Part shown: positions 1-9,727 of the stretch, piece by piece
How the letters are laid out: every line of letters starts with the position of its first letter
How positions within the stretch are numbered: position 1 is the first letter of the stretch
Assembly (NCBI GenBank): GCA_023396915.1
Contig: JAEWUV010000002.1
Location: 86,087 to 150,086 of the forward strand
Source: Candidatus Parcubacteria bacterium
GTDB taxonomy: Bacteria > Patescibacteriota > Microgenomatia > UBA12405
Direction of reading: 5' to 3'
Length of the DNA stretch: 64,000 bases
Notes under the pieces: generated by a model
The model's database searches: none
The model's input: only the letters and a program-made list of their open reading frames with translations
Told to the model about the DNA's origin: nothing
Made by a program: the position numbers and the translations under genes

Positions 1-313
1 GACGACCATCAGCACGTAAAACCCGACAACAAAAGGAGTGAAAAGTTCCCGCCGTCAACTGCACAGACTTGGCAGGTAAGCCCGCAAGAAGTTTTGACAT
101 TCTATTTTTCATTTCTTCAGCGGCTTTGTTGGTAAAAGTTAAAAGAAGAATTTGGTCAGGGGTGGCTAATTTTTGTTCGATAAAATAGGCGGCGCGATGA
201 GTTAAAACACGGGTCTTACCACTACCAGCTCCGGCCAAAAGTAAAAGTGGAGAACCGATGTGAATAACGGCCTCTTTTTGTTGGGGGTTTAAACCTTCTA
301 AAATATCAGACAT
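1..313 (-). CDS. UvrD/PcrA-family ATP-dependent DNA helicase, N-terminal part (gene continues beyond the window start)
   Basis: Reverse-strand translation from the ATG at 313 reads [45 protein letters not shown]...[13 protein letters not shown]. This matches the Walker A motif and motif Ia of the UvrD/PcrA helicase N-terminus. Confidence 0.7.
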   Translation of the reverse strand, partial: MSDILEGLNPQQKEAVIHIGSPLLLLAGAGSGKTRVLTHRAAYFIEQKLATPDQILLLTFTNKAAEEMKNRMSKLLAGLPAKSVQLTAGTFHSFCCRVLRADGR

Positions 314-322
314 GTAGATTTA

Positions 323-2650
323 CTATAGACGGTAGATACTGGTTTGACCAGACTGAAAAACAACTTTGGCACCAATTTGTTCAAATTTTTTTGGGTCTAA
401 AGTTTTATATTTTTCGTATTCTTTGGCACCGATAAAAATATATTCAACTTTATATTTTGATAAAAGATCTTTTACTTCAGACAAATTAGTTTCATCTGTT
501 TCTGAATTAAATTCAGTTTTTGGAAACTCCACAGGTAAAACAAGTCTTTGATTGGGATGAATAATCGAAGGGTTTTCTAGGTTATTAACCTTAGCAATTT
601 CAATCCATAAAAATTCATTTTTTAATTCATTTTTGGCAATATTCCAAAGACTGTCTCCTGTTTGTACAGTATAAGCTTTTTGATCTTTATTATTTTCAAT
701 ATTTTCGGTTGATGATGTTGAAAAAAAATTATAGATTTTATCAACATCTGTCTGACGGGCGGCGGGGGCATCGTAACCACCACGCCAGAGCCATTCATGG
801 ACAATCCAACCTTCGACAGTAGGCAAACCGGTAGTAGAGGAAATTTGATTAAAAGTGGTGTAGCTATCGCCTACCGCTTCTAACATAACCGGTTGACTGG
901 AAATATTTTGATTAATCCATAAGACTGCTTGGTAATTATCCGGATAAAGTTTTTCTAGATACTTTAACCCATCTAAACCTTTGTAGTTTTTTAGATCATT
1001 GTAATAGGATTTAATGGCAAAATATGGATAAAACATATGAATAAAAAAAACGGTTAGAAAGCAAAAAAAGTAAATAAACTTAATAATCTTTGATTTAAAA
1101 AGATAAGAAAATCTAATCAGAACATAACCAGAAGAGAGAGAATAAAGGATAAAAGCCTGATACACAAGTTTGAACATGGTATTGGCCCGACGATATTCAT
1201 AAATATAAATGTCTTTGATATAAATTAGTTCCGGAATAAGAATTAATAGTGAGGCAATTAAAATTAACGAAAATACAAAAAAATCAGATTTAGTAATTTT
1301 TTTTCTGAAAGGAATAGTAAGAGAAAAAGGTAGGCAGATTAACCAAAAACCACCATAAAGAATAAGCAATTGATAAAAAGGTGAATGGCCATCGGCAATT
1401 TTTATGCCCTCCATCATGGGGATGAAATTGAGGGAAAATGGATAGGAAAAAAGGTACCAAAAAGCAATCACTAATAAACCGTTGATAAAAGTTTTGGCTA
1501 AATTTCTAATATTAAATTCATTAGCATTAATTAAAAAAGAAAAGACGGCTAGAACTAAGCCATAAACAGCAAAATCCCAGGCGTTGGTCATATAACAAAT
1601 TGATAAAACAAAGCCGGAACCAACGATAAATTTCCAATTAAAAAAGTTTTTACTTTTCTCAACAGTAATAAATAGAAAGGCCAGAAATAAAATAACAATA
1701 AAAATATCATTCATGTGACCGTGAAGATCGGAAACGACAAAACTGTAAAGAGGAAATTCATGGATAGTTTTGTCATTAGTGTCCGGGTCATGACCAATAA
1801 AACGGGTAGCGTCAGGATACCAATAAGAGTTCGTTGCTTTAGAAATGGCTTTTTGATTTAAAATAAAATGATTATTGTTCTGCTGGTAATCAAGTTTGAT
1901 AATTTTATAAAGTGAGTGAAGATTGCCGCCAAAAGTAAGAAGTAAGGCAGAAATAAGACCGGCTAAAATAGCAACACGAAACCCTTTCCTAACCTTTCCC
2001 TTGACAGGGCAAGGAACTAGGTACGTTATATTGGAAACTAAGGAAAAAGCACTGACAAAAGTAAGAGAGCAAACTGTAGCGATGGACAGGTTGTATCCAA
2101 CCGAAGAAATAACAGTAGAGAGTTTGGTGATTAAGGCAAAAATTAAATGACCGAAATAGTAGTAATTGATTGTTTCGCCAGCAAACCACATGTCTTGTGG
2201 AGGTAGAAACTGAGATCTCAAAGCTGAATTAACAAATCCCCAATCCATATATTTTTCTAAGCCCTCAATATCAGGAGCAAAACCCCGAACATAAGACCAT
2301 AAAGTTAAAATCAGAAAAAAAATCAGTTCTTCAAAAATAAAAACACGATAATGTTTTTTGAAATCAGAAAAAAAACTTTTATATGTTTTATTTTTTAGCA
2401 GAAACCAAACATCAAATAAAATAAAAATGGTAATTAAAAATAAGAGTCCGGTATAGGTAAACGGAATAAGTTTAAAGACTCCGAAGATTAGGGAAAAATA
2501 AGTTAGAAGAATCAAAGAGACAGTTTTACTGAAAATATAACCTTTGTCCCAAAATTTATTAAACAGAGAAACGGTTATGGGTAAAGACAGAATTCCCAAC
2601 AAAAAAATAGTTAGCCACCAATTAAAAATGAAATGAAAATCAGAAAACAT
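323..2650 (-). CDS. DUF2298 (Chlor_Arch_YYY) polytopic membrane protein with a C-terminal LysM domain
   Basis: Many transmembrane segments. Carries the signature INYYYFGHL motif. C-terminal YTVQTGDSLWNIAK...NPSIIHPNQRLVLP matches a LysM peptidoglycan-binding domain. Confidence 0.55.
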   Translation of the reverse strand: MFSDFHFIFNWWLTIFLLGILSLPITVSLFNKFWDKGYIFSKTVSLILLTYFSLIFGVFKLIPFTYTGLLFLITIFILFDVWFLLKNKTYKSFFSDFKKHYRVFIFEELIFFLILTLWSYVRGFAPDIEGLEKYMDWGFVNSALRSQFLPPQDMWFAGETINYYYFGHLIFALITKLSTVISSVGYNLSIATVCSLTFVSAFSLVSNITYLVPCPVKGKVRKGFRVAILAGLISALLLTFGGNLHSLYKIIKLDYQQNNNHFILNQKAISKATNSYWYPDATRFIGHDPDTNDKTIHEFPLYSFVVSDLHGHMNDIFIVILFLAFLFITVEKSKNFFNWKFIVGSGFVLSICYMTNAWDFAVYGLVLAVFSFLINANEFNIRNLAKTFINGLLVIAFWYLFSYPFSLNFIPMMEGIKIADGHSPFYQLLILYGGFWLICLPFSLTIPFRKKITKSDFFVFSLILIASLLILIPELIYIKDIYIYEYRRANTMFKLVYQAFILYSLSSGYVLIRFSYLFKSKIIKFIYFFCFLTVFFIHMFYPYFAIKSYYNDLKNYKGLDGLKYLEKLYPDNYQAVLWINQNISSQPVMLEAVGDSYTTFNQISSTTGLPTVEGWIVHEWLWRGGYDAPAARQTDVDKIYNFFSTSSTENIENNKDQKAYTVQTGDSLWNIAKNELKNEFLWIEIAKVNNLENPSIIHPNQRLVLPVEFPKTEFNSETDETNLSEVKDLLSKYKVEYIFIGAKEYEKYKTLDPKKFEQIGAKVVFQSGQTSIYRL
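1981..2016 (+). repeat. Degenerate copy of the REP-like hairpin element, embedded in-frame in a coding sequence
   Basis: The core tttcccttgacagggcaagg is identical to the copies at 15381 and 63482. On the minus strand it encodes PCPVKGKVRKG within the DUF2298 protein. Confidence 0.35.
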
Positions 2651-2651
2651 A

Positions 2652-3236
2652 TTATTTTATTAGAAAAATAAAATCAAAAATTGGTTTAATAAAATTAATC
2701 ATAAAAAGGGGGAACTGAATCTGTTTAATTAAAACTCCTATTATTAGACCAATAATTATTCCTCCAAGAACATCAATCGGATAATGGAGCCCTAATATAA
2801 TTCTGGCTAAGATTAAAGGTAGGGCAATAATTAAAAACCAAAAAGGGCTAATTAAAATACCGGTATGAAGAATCAAGATGAAAAAGAAAACTGCCTTGAT
2901 GGCATGCCCGGAAGGGAAACTCCCTTTTTTATACCAGGATTTTAAAAGACCATTGGGTAATACATTGTTGTTTAGATGAAGCGGACGTTTCCAAAGTGAT
3001 TTAGTTTTTAGAACTTTTTCAACGATTTCACTAATAATAGTGGCAAAAAACAGTTGCCAAAAAATATTCGTATCTTGCTTGATTAAAAGATAGGAAATGA
3101 AAAAGAAAAAGACCCAAATGATATAGTTAATAAGGATTAAGAATTGATTACCGTATTTAGTTTGAGAAACATATTTGAAAAGATCTTTTTTTGGTTGCCA
3201 GAAAAAAATTTTTTTTAAAAGAGTATTTGATTTCAT
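2652..3236 (-). CDS. PAP2-family (type 2 phosphatidic acid phosphatase) membrane phosphatase
   Basis: All three PAP2 motifs are present: KxxxxxxRP (KSLWKRP), PSGH (FPSGHA), and SRxxxxxHxxxD (RIILGLHYPID). Multiple transmembrane helices. Confidence 0.6.
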   Translation of the reverse strand: MKSNTLLKKIFFWQPKKDLFKYVSQTKYGNQFLILINYIIWVFFFFISYLLIKQDTNIFWQLFFATIISEIVEKVLKTKSLWKRPLHLNNNVLPNGLLKSWYKKGSFPSGHAIKAVFFFILILHTGILISPFWFLIIALPLILARIILGLHYPIDVLGGIIIGLIIGVLIKQIQFPLFMINFIKPIFDFIFLIK

Positions 3237-3240
3237 AAAA

Positions 3241-4290
3241 TTAAAATAAAAGTTTGGCTAATTTGAGAATGCCTTGGCTCCAGGGAACCCGATGAGAAAT
3301 CCCCTTCTGACCCTCAAATTCTGAAAGATGATTAATATACCATTTATAATTTTCAATCAAAGCCTGTTGATTGGAATATTTTGGTTTAAAATTTAATATT
3401 TTTTGAGCTTTATTTATAGAAACAAAAGAGTCAGTAGCGGCTGTTTCATAAACCCAGGCATAAAGGGGAGATAAATGGAGAGCTTCTAAAACTTTTAATA
3501 AAAAAATAGCTGGAGCGGCGGGAATGGTAACTATTTTTTTACCAAAGCCAGCATAATCTAAGACTGATTGATAATCCTGTCGCATGGTTTTAAATTCTTT
3601 GGCTCCGATATTAAAAACATCATTAACTTTTGATTTACTTAAAGTCATAGTCGACCAAATGGCATCACAAAGGTCTTTAACGGCCAGAAGTTGATATCGA
3701 TTTTTACCATCACCTAAAAGAGGAAATCCGTGTCCGTCTTTGGCCCAGTCATAGAATAAGGCAAAGACCCCCAATCTTTCTGGACCAACAAATGATTTTG
3801 GGCGAAGAATCGAAACACATAAACCTTTTTTTCTAAAATCGCGGCAAAATTTTTCGGCTTTAATTTTTGATTCACCATAAGGGCCAACACCAACAACTTT
3901 GTCAGTTTCGTAAATCGGGTGATGTTTCGGGACCCCATAAACGGCAGTTGAAGAAATATAGACAACCCGTTTTACCTTATTTTCTAAAGCTGATTGTAAA
4001 ACATTTCTAGTACCGTCAACTTCGGTTGAAATAATATCTTCTTTTGAATACAACGGTAAAGCGGCGGCGAAGTGAAGAACAACATCGGCACCTTTCATAG
4101 CCTTGGTTAATGTTTTTTTATCACGAATATCGGCAATAAAACTGGTAATTTTTTTCTTCTCGGGATAATTAAATTCAGCAATATCATAGTTAATAACTTT
4201 TTGATTTTTTTTGAGTAAAAAGCGAACCATATTGATTCCTAAAAATCCTGATCCACCGGTAATGAAAATAGTTTGAGTTTTGTTGTTCAT
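3241..4290 (-). CDS. NAD-dependent epimerase/dehydratase (extended SDR family)
   Basis: N-terminal Rossmann motif IFITGGSGFLG. Catalytic YxxxK motif in YGESKIKAE. Length of about 350 aa fits the extended SDR family. Confidence 0.75.
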   Translation of the reverse strand: MNNKTQTIFITGGSGFLGINMVRFLLKKNQKVINYDIAEFNYPEKKKITSFIADIRDKKTLTKAMKGADVVLHFAAALPLYSKEDIISTEVDGTRNVLQSALENKVKRVVYISSTAVYGVPKHHPIYETDKVVGVGPYGESKIKAEKFCRDFRKKGLCVSILRPKSFVGPERLGVFALFYDWAKDGHGFPLLGDGKNRYQLLAVKDLCDAIWSTMTLSKSKVNDVFNIGAKEFKTMRQDYQSVLDYAGFGKKIVTIPAAPAIFLLKVLEALHLSPLYAWVYETAATDSFVSINKAQKILNFKPKYSNQQALIENYKWYINHLSEFEGQKGISHRVPWSQGILKLAKLLF

Positions 4291-6038
4291 TATTTTTTGT
4301 TGGTATTTTTAAATATTATAACCCGAGGATGATCATAAACGGTGAATGATTCGTCGGCTGATTGGTCATTAATTTCCAGACCTAAAAAGGAAGGGTTATT
4401 ATCAAATTCAGCAACTTTGATATATCCCAATTTACCGCTAAAAAGATTTTGATAGTAAGCGGCAGTACTGGTGTAGCAATAACCTGATGGAAGATTATTA
4501 CAATCAGTTAGTTTTTGAAGTGGAACATAAAGTCGATTACTGGCAATAATTAAATAGTCAGCTGAGGAAAGCTGACTGAAGATGTTGGACCATTTATCTG
4601 GTAGATTGTCAGAATTATATAAAGGAAGGTCGATTAAATTGTAATTAGTATACCCAAGTGGTAAACCATCATCCCAATGTTCTCGAAGAATAGTGCTATT
4701 AGCCGGAATATTTTGGTTGATCCAATTGGTGGCTAAAACCCGGGTATTAGGAAAATTATAAATAGTCATAAAAGCGAAAAGCCAAAAAAGGTTGAAACAT
4801 AAAAAAATAGTGATGAGGTATTTTTTAAAAGTACTTAAAATACTAGCAATAAATATCGCCAGGATAGGATAAAGAGGAAGACAATACCTCATAAACTTAA
4901 CAGCAAAACAACCAACAACTAAAAAATAGGCAATAAAAAAAGAAAAAATAATTAGCTGTGATCCTTCTGATGTTTCATTTCCTGGAGTAATTAATCCTTT
5001 TATTAATTTTTTGATAGTGATAAAAATTCCTAATAAAGCAAGTAATCCAAAAGACGGACCTAAGCCCCATAAAAAAATATTTTTAATTTGATACCAATAA
5101 GGAACAGTATGAACATATTGAAGAGTATAAGGAAAAACAAAAGCATTTTTGGTCATGGCATTTTGCTCATTAATTTGTCGCCAAAAAGTGGTGAAATCAA
5201 AAAGAGCAAAAGGTTCACAAACAATAAAGGTGATGACAGTAAAAACTATTATTAGTAGTAAATAAAAAATTATTTTTTTAAATTTAAAAAAACGATTTTT
5301 TAGCCAAAATTTAGGACTTAGAACTGAGATTAAATATTGTTTAATTTTTTTTAAAAAACTGATTTCTTGACTAAAAATTTCTTTTTTGAGACTAAGTAAA
5401 GTTTCGACTAAAAAACTAAAGAAAAATGAAATAACCAGAACTGTGGCACTGACTTTGGTAGCCAGAGCTAGGCCGAAACAAATACCGGAAATAATAGCGT
5501 TTTTGACGCTTGGTGTATGGTAAAGAATTAGTAAACGGTAAAGTGTCAGACAGATAAAAAAGGTGAGTAAAGTATCAACAGCGTAAAAATGGGAAAGTTG
5601 GATGGGAAAAACTGATAAAGCATAAATTATGGCGGCTGATAAGCTTGTTTTGTGGGAAGAAAACAATTTTTGAGTGATTTGGTAGATAAGTAAAATAGTA
5701 AAAGAATCAAAAAGGGCAGAAATTACCCGGCCAAGTAAATTAATTTTGTCGTAAGTCAGAATTTGAGGATTAAAGACAGAGAAAAAATAAGCTGAAAATT
5801 TTAAAAGATATATAGGAAGAGATCCATAGGCAAAAAATTTGGGATTAAGAGAAGAATTCGGATTAAATAAGCTAAAAAAAGAAAATTCTTTTGGAAAACT
5901 TATGTTCATAGCAACCATGGTAATTTGCCGTTCGTCAGGATGAAGATGAAAACCCTGATCCCAATTTAAATGATAAATTCGCAATATAAAGCCAATAACA
6001 AAAATCAAAAACAAAACCCACTTATTCATAATTTTCAT
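4290..6038 (-). CDS. GT-C glycosyltransferase (GT39/PMT_2/ArnT-like, polyprenyl-phosphate-sugar dependent)
   Basis: Polytopic membrane protein with the N-terminal HLHPDERQ loop motif (the DE motif of ArnT/PMT-type transferases). A large C-terminal soluble domain is present. Confidence 0.6.
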   Translation of the reverse strand: MKIMNKWVLFLIFVIGFILRIYHLNWDQGFHLHPDERQITMVAMNISFPKEFSFFSLFNPNSSLNPKFFAYGSLPIYLLKFSAYFFSVFNPQILTYDKINLLGRVISALFDSFTILLIYQITQKLFSSHKTSLSAAIIYALSVFPIQLSHFYAVDTLLTFFICLTLYRLLILYHTPSVKNAIISGICFGLALATKVSATVLVISFFFSFLVETLLSLKKEIFSQEISFLKKIKQYLISVLSPKFWLKNRFFKFKKIIFYLLLIIVFTVITFIVCEPFALFDFTTFWRQINEQNAMTKNAFVFPYTLQYVHTVPYWYQIKNIFLWGLGPSFGLLALLGIFITIKKLIKGLITPGNETSEGSQLIIFSFFIAYFLVVGCFAVKFMRYCLPLYPILAIFIASILSTFKKYLITIFLCFNLFWLFAFMTIYNFPNTRVLATNWINQNIPANSTILREHWDDGLPLGYTNYNLIDLPLYNSDNLPDKWSNIFSQLSSADYLIIASNRLYVPLQKLTDCNNLPSGYCYTSTAAYYQNLFSGKLGYIKVAEFDNNPSFLGLEINDQSADESFTVYDHPRVIIFKNTNKK

Positions 6039-7567
6039 AGATTATTATTTTTGAAAATTCTAATGGTTGGGTTGTCAAAAACCGACCAGGTTTCTTCGGC
6101 ATTTTCGGAATTTAAAAAAAGGCTATTTGATTTGGAAAAGGTTTTAATTTGAGAAAAACCTAGCTGGCCGGAAAAAAGTTTTTGATAATAATCTTGCGAC
6201 ATAGGAAATGATGGATTATTTTGATTTTTAAAAACTCGACGAGAAGGAACAAAAATATATTCGCTTTGATTGATAACTTTGGATAGCTCATCCCCTTTTT
6301 GATTTTCATCTAGGGTATAAAAATCAAAATTGGTAATATTTAGTTTGGAATTGAATAGAGGTATGTCAACAACATTGCCGCCCTCTGACAAAACATTACT
6401 ACTTATCGGAATGTTTTGATTAACCCAGTTTGTGGTCTGAATTCGGATATCGGAATTAAAATAAGTGCTAATAAAAAAATAAATGCCCGGCAGAATGCTG
6501 AAAAATATTAAAAAAACTCGGATAAATTTATTTTTGATTTCCCTAAAGAAAAATAAACTTAACAGCGGAGCAATAAAAAAAATTGGAGACATAAAACGGG
6601 TCCATTTGGAAAAAAGTTGACCCTGATAAATAAAGAAAACAAGTGAGGAAAATAAAGTAATTAATAGGTAAATGTTTTTTTTGTTTTTAAAGAAATTTTT
6701 GACAATAAAACCAAAACCAATAAAACTAAAAATAAAGATAAAAATACCATTAGTGTAGGGAAATATATTTTTAAATTGGAACAAATAAGGTAAGGTGCCA
6801 ATAAATTGACGAGTATAAAAAACAGGGATGGACCCATTAGCAACACCGATTTCATATTTCATTGAGGAAATAAATTCCCGATAATCAATCAAATTAAAGG
6901 GAGACAATATTACAGAGAAAATGAGAGCGACTAAAATTAAAAAATAAAATTTAGGGATTAAATCAGAAATTTTTTTAGGGTTTTCTAAAAAAAGAAATAA
7001 AAAAACAAAACAAATAGGAGCTAAAAAAATAAGAGCTGAAATTTTGGTGGCAATACCGATACCGGAAGTAATAGCGGCAAAAAATAAATATTTATATTGA
7101 GGGTTATCAAAAATAAGAAAAGAGAAATAAATATTTACAGCAAAAATAAAAATAAGAATTGATTCGGTGGTGCCAAAATGGGCCAACTGAATTAACCCAG
7201 GAGTAAAAATAATTAAGATAGATAAAATAGTGGCTAATTTGTTTGAATTAAATATTTTTTTGCCAATTAAATAAAAAATAAAAACCGAAATAGAAGAGAA
7301 AAAGGCTGACCAGAACCTAAGGGTTAGATTAATATTAAAGTTGTTATGTTGAGGGGTGGTAAAAAATGTAAGGTAAAGAGGGAATTGTCCGTAAGCAAAA
7401 AATTTGGGATTAAAATTTGTTGGATTTAAACGTAAAACAGCTGAGACCATATTGTTTTCATCCGGATGAAAAGCAAAACCGTTGGACCAATTAAGTTTCC
7501 AAAATCGAGTAAATAGAGTTAAAAAAAACAAGAAAATAAACAAGAAAAAGCGTTTTTTAGATGACAT
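6035..7567 (-). CDS. GT-C glycosyltransferase (GT39/PMT_2/ArnT-like), paralog of the upstream gene
   Basis: The AFHPDENNMVSAV motif follows the first transmembrane helix. Architecture parallels 4290..6038. Its stop/start overlaps the neighbour by ATGA. Confidence 0.6.
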   Translation of the reverse strand: MSSKKRFFLFIFLFFLTLFTRFWKLNWSNGFAFHPDENNMVSAVLRLNPTNFNPKFFAYGQFPLYLTFFTTPQHNNFNINLTLRFWSAFFSSISVFIFYLIGKKIFNSNKLATILSILIIFTPGLIQLAHFGTTESILIFIFAVNIYFSFLIFDNPQYKYLFFAAITSGIGIATKISALIFLAPICFVFLFLFLENPKKISDLIPKFYFLILVALIFSVILSPFNLIDYREFISSMKYEIGVANGSIPVFYTRQFIGTLPYLFQFKNIFPYTNGIFIFIFSFIGFGFIVKNFFKNKKNIYLLITLFSSLVFFIYQGQLFSKWTRFMSPIFFIAPLLSLFFFREIKNKFIRVFLIFFSILPGIYFFISTYFNSDIRIQTTNWVNQNIPISSNVLSEGGNVVDIPLFNSKLNITNFDFYTLDENQKGDELSKVINQSEYIFVPSRRVFKNQNNPSFPMSQDYYQKLFSGQLGFSQIKTFSKSNSLFLNSENAEETWSVFDNPTIRIFKNNNL

Positions 7568-8486
7568 AGACGATAGTAATCATCATCAAACCCCAAAGAA
7601 GAAGAGATAAAAGTAAAGGAATATCGGTGGCAACAACCCGTTCAGGACGCTCACCTTCTTGCATTTCGAAAATAATCTGACCATAACGCATAATGCCAAA
7701 GATTACTGGGATTAAAGTAATCATGTACCATTTTCTGTATAAGGCATTGGGGAAATTTTGAGACATAAATGAATGGATGATTCCATTAAACGAGATTGGT
7801 TCTTCCAAAAAAGTAAACATAGCATAAGCGATGAGAGTGCAGACAGCAAACATGGTGGTATAAAAATTAAGAAGATTTTTACCGTAACCGGCGAGGGCAC
7901 TTCTGGTGATGATACCGGTATTCCCGAGTTCAGTTCTCCTTTTACCGCTAGCCAAAAATAAAGAAAGGAAGACAACGGCTAGCATAATCCAAATCGGCAA
8001 ATGATAGCCGGTGGCAATTTCTCCGGCGTAGGTACGAAGAATAAAGAAAAAGGCAATTCCAATAATATCGATAATTGCCTTTTTCTTGAGAAAGAGAGAA
8101 TAGGTATATTGTAGGATGATAAAAACAAAAGAGAGCCAGAAAAATCCAGTATTAATAAATACGGCAATAGAAAGGCCGGTAAATAAAAGGATAAAAGCAA
8201 TTAGAATAGCAAATGGTTGGGAGATATCTCCGCGGGCAAGAGGACGACTTTTTTTGACAGGATGAAGCCTGTCTTTGTCAACGTCCATGACATCATTAAT
8301 TAAATAAGAAGATGAAGAAAGAAGACAAAAAACTATAAAAGCCAAAAGAGTTTTTGAAAATAAATTAATATCAAAGAGTTGTCCGTTTAAAATTAAGGCA
8401 GCAAAAATACCTAAATTTTTAATCCATTGAGCCGGACGTAAAGCCTCAAAAATAAATTTTATATTTGGTTTTGTTTCTTTGGTCAT
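7557..8486 (-). CDS. UbiA-family prenyltransferase, decaprenyl-phosphate phosphoribosyltransferase-like
   Basis: NDVMDVDKDRLHPVKKSRPLARG fits the UbiA Asp-rich motif with the HPxK...RP signature. About 8 transmembrane helices. Confidence 0.55.
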   Translation of the reverse strand: MTKETKPNIKFIFEALRPAQWIKNLGIFAALILNGQLFDINLFSKTLLAFIVFCLLSSSSYLINDVMDVDKDRLHPVKKSRPLARGDISQPFAILIAFILLFTGLSIAVFINTGFFWLSFVFIILQYTYSLFLKKKAIIDIIGIAFFFILRTYAGEIATGYHLPIWIMLAVVFLSLFLASGKRRTELGNTGIITRSALAGYGKNLLNFYTTMFAVCTLIAYAMFTFLEEPISFNGIIHSFMSQNFPNALYRKWYMITLIPVIFGIMRYGQIIFEMQEGERPERVVATDIPLLLSLLLWGLMMITIVYVI

Positions 8487-8494
8487 GTGTGATG

Positions 8495-9727
8495 TTATAT
8501 TTTTTTATAAAAGATAAAGGCAAATATAATTAGAGCTAAGGATAGCACCATAATAATACTAGTGGGGCCGGTGTTGCCTGTTTTGGGAACACCTGAAGAA
8601 GTGCTGGGAACACTGGTAGGGATACTGGTTGGCGTAGGGGTTGAGGTTGGTTTTATGGTAGGAGTAGCTGACGAAGAAGCAGTAAAAGATGTATTTGATT
8701 CTGCAGCTAAAACTATAAATTTTTTACTAATAGTATTATTATTTTCGTCAGTTAATGTGACAGTGTGTTCGCCGGGGCTTAGGTCTTGGGGCACTTCCCA
8801 ATCCCAGCTCCCATCTTCGTTTGTGGTTACAGAATCATTTATAGCCACTGGGGAATGAACTTCAATTTTAAGCTCGGATCCCGGTTGGGCAGTGCCAAAA
8901 AATTCAGGTCGCTTGGTAGACAAAGTTTCATTGTCACTAGGATTAGAAATTGTCAGAGGAGTATCAGTAGTAAAGTTATATTCATTATCCAATAAATTAG
9001 TTTGGGGTAATTCAATTTCAACAACCGGGCTTGGGGCAGAAAAATTGTTTTGTCCAATAATAATATCAGAGACTGGATTATTATGATTAGTATTGGAAAT
9101 AACTTGAGTTTGGGTTTGGTCATGGTTAATAACAACGATATTTTCTTCAGTATTTGAAGGGGGAGAAAAATAATCTGTTAATGATTCATTAAAACTGGTA
9201 GCGAGTGGAATATTCCACTCGCCAGAAGAAGTTACTAAGGATGAAAGAGGAGATGCTCCGGCAACCGAAAAATAAACAATAGCTTCGGTGGTTGGGGTTT
9301 TGTCTTGATTATAAATTCGTCCCCAAGCTAAGTTGGAGCTAGGCATTTGATTATTTGGTTTTTTGGCAGTTTTGAAATTAAAATTATCGGAAGAATATTT
9401 TTCCCCGTCACTGATAACGGAAAAAGTATAAACCTGAAATTCTTTTAAGGAAATTATTTCAAAATAATGAATCTTGCCTTTACCTTTATTATTCTCTATA
9501 GTTTGTCCAGAAAGGGAGATTGTTGAAAGACAGTCGGCTGAAGTAGTAAAAGAAATACTGGCAGAATTGTTGGTGATATTGGTTATTTGAAGGTTTATAG
9601 GGTCACAACTGCCACCAGCCCGGCTTGAGGTATTAGTCCGACGAGTGGCCAAAGAAATACCAAAATATAAGGTAAGTAAGAGTAAAATTAGACCAAAGAT
9701 AGTTGGTATTTTTTTCTCCTTTTTCAT
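8495..9727 (-). CDS. Secreted surface protein with a C-terminal sortase-type sorting signal (VPKTG, then a TM segment, then a basic tail)
   Basis: N-terminal signal peptide. A Thr/Pro/Ser-rich stalk precedes VPKTGNTGPTSIIMVLSLALIIFAFIFYKKI. Confidence 0.45.
   Translation of the reverse strand: MKKEKKIPTIFGLILLLLTLYFGISLATRRTNTSSRAGGSCDPINLQITNITNNSASISFTTSADCLSTISLSGQTIENNKGKGKIHYFEIISLKEFQVYTFSVISDGEKYSSDNFNFKTAKKPNNQMPSSNLAWGRIYNQDKTPTTEAIVYFSVAGASPLSSLVTSSGEWNIPLATSFNESLTDYFSPPSNTEENIVVINHDQTQTQVISNTNHNNPVSDIIIGQNNFSAPSPVVEIELPQTNLLDNEYNFTTDTPLTISNPSDNETLSTKRPEFFGTAQPGSELKIEVHSPVAINDSVTTNEDGSWDWEVPQDLSPGEHTVTLTDENNNTISKKFIVLAAESNTSFTASSSATPTIKPTSTPTPTSIPTSVPSTSSGVPKTGNTGPTSIIMVLSLALIIFAFIFYKKI

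Noticed and set aside
366-2189. Short plus- and minus-strand ORFs (366..551, 622..804, 1923..2150, 1989..2189) within the DUF2298 gene
   Set aside because: They are fully nested in a long, well-supported CDS on the minus strand, so they are likely spurious.
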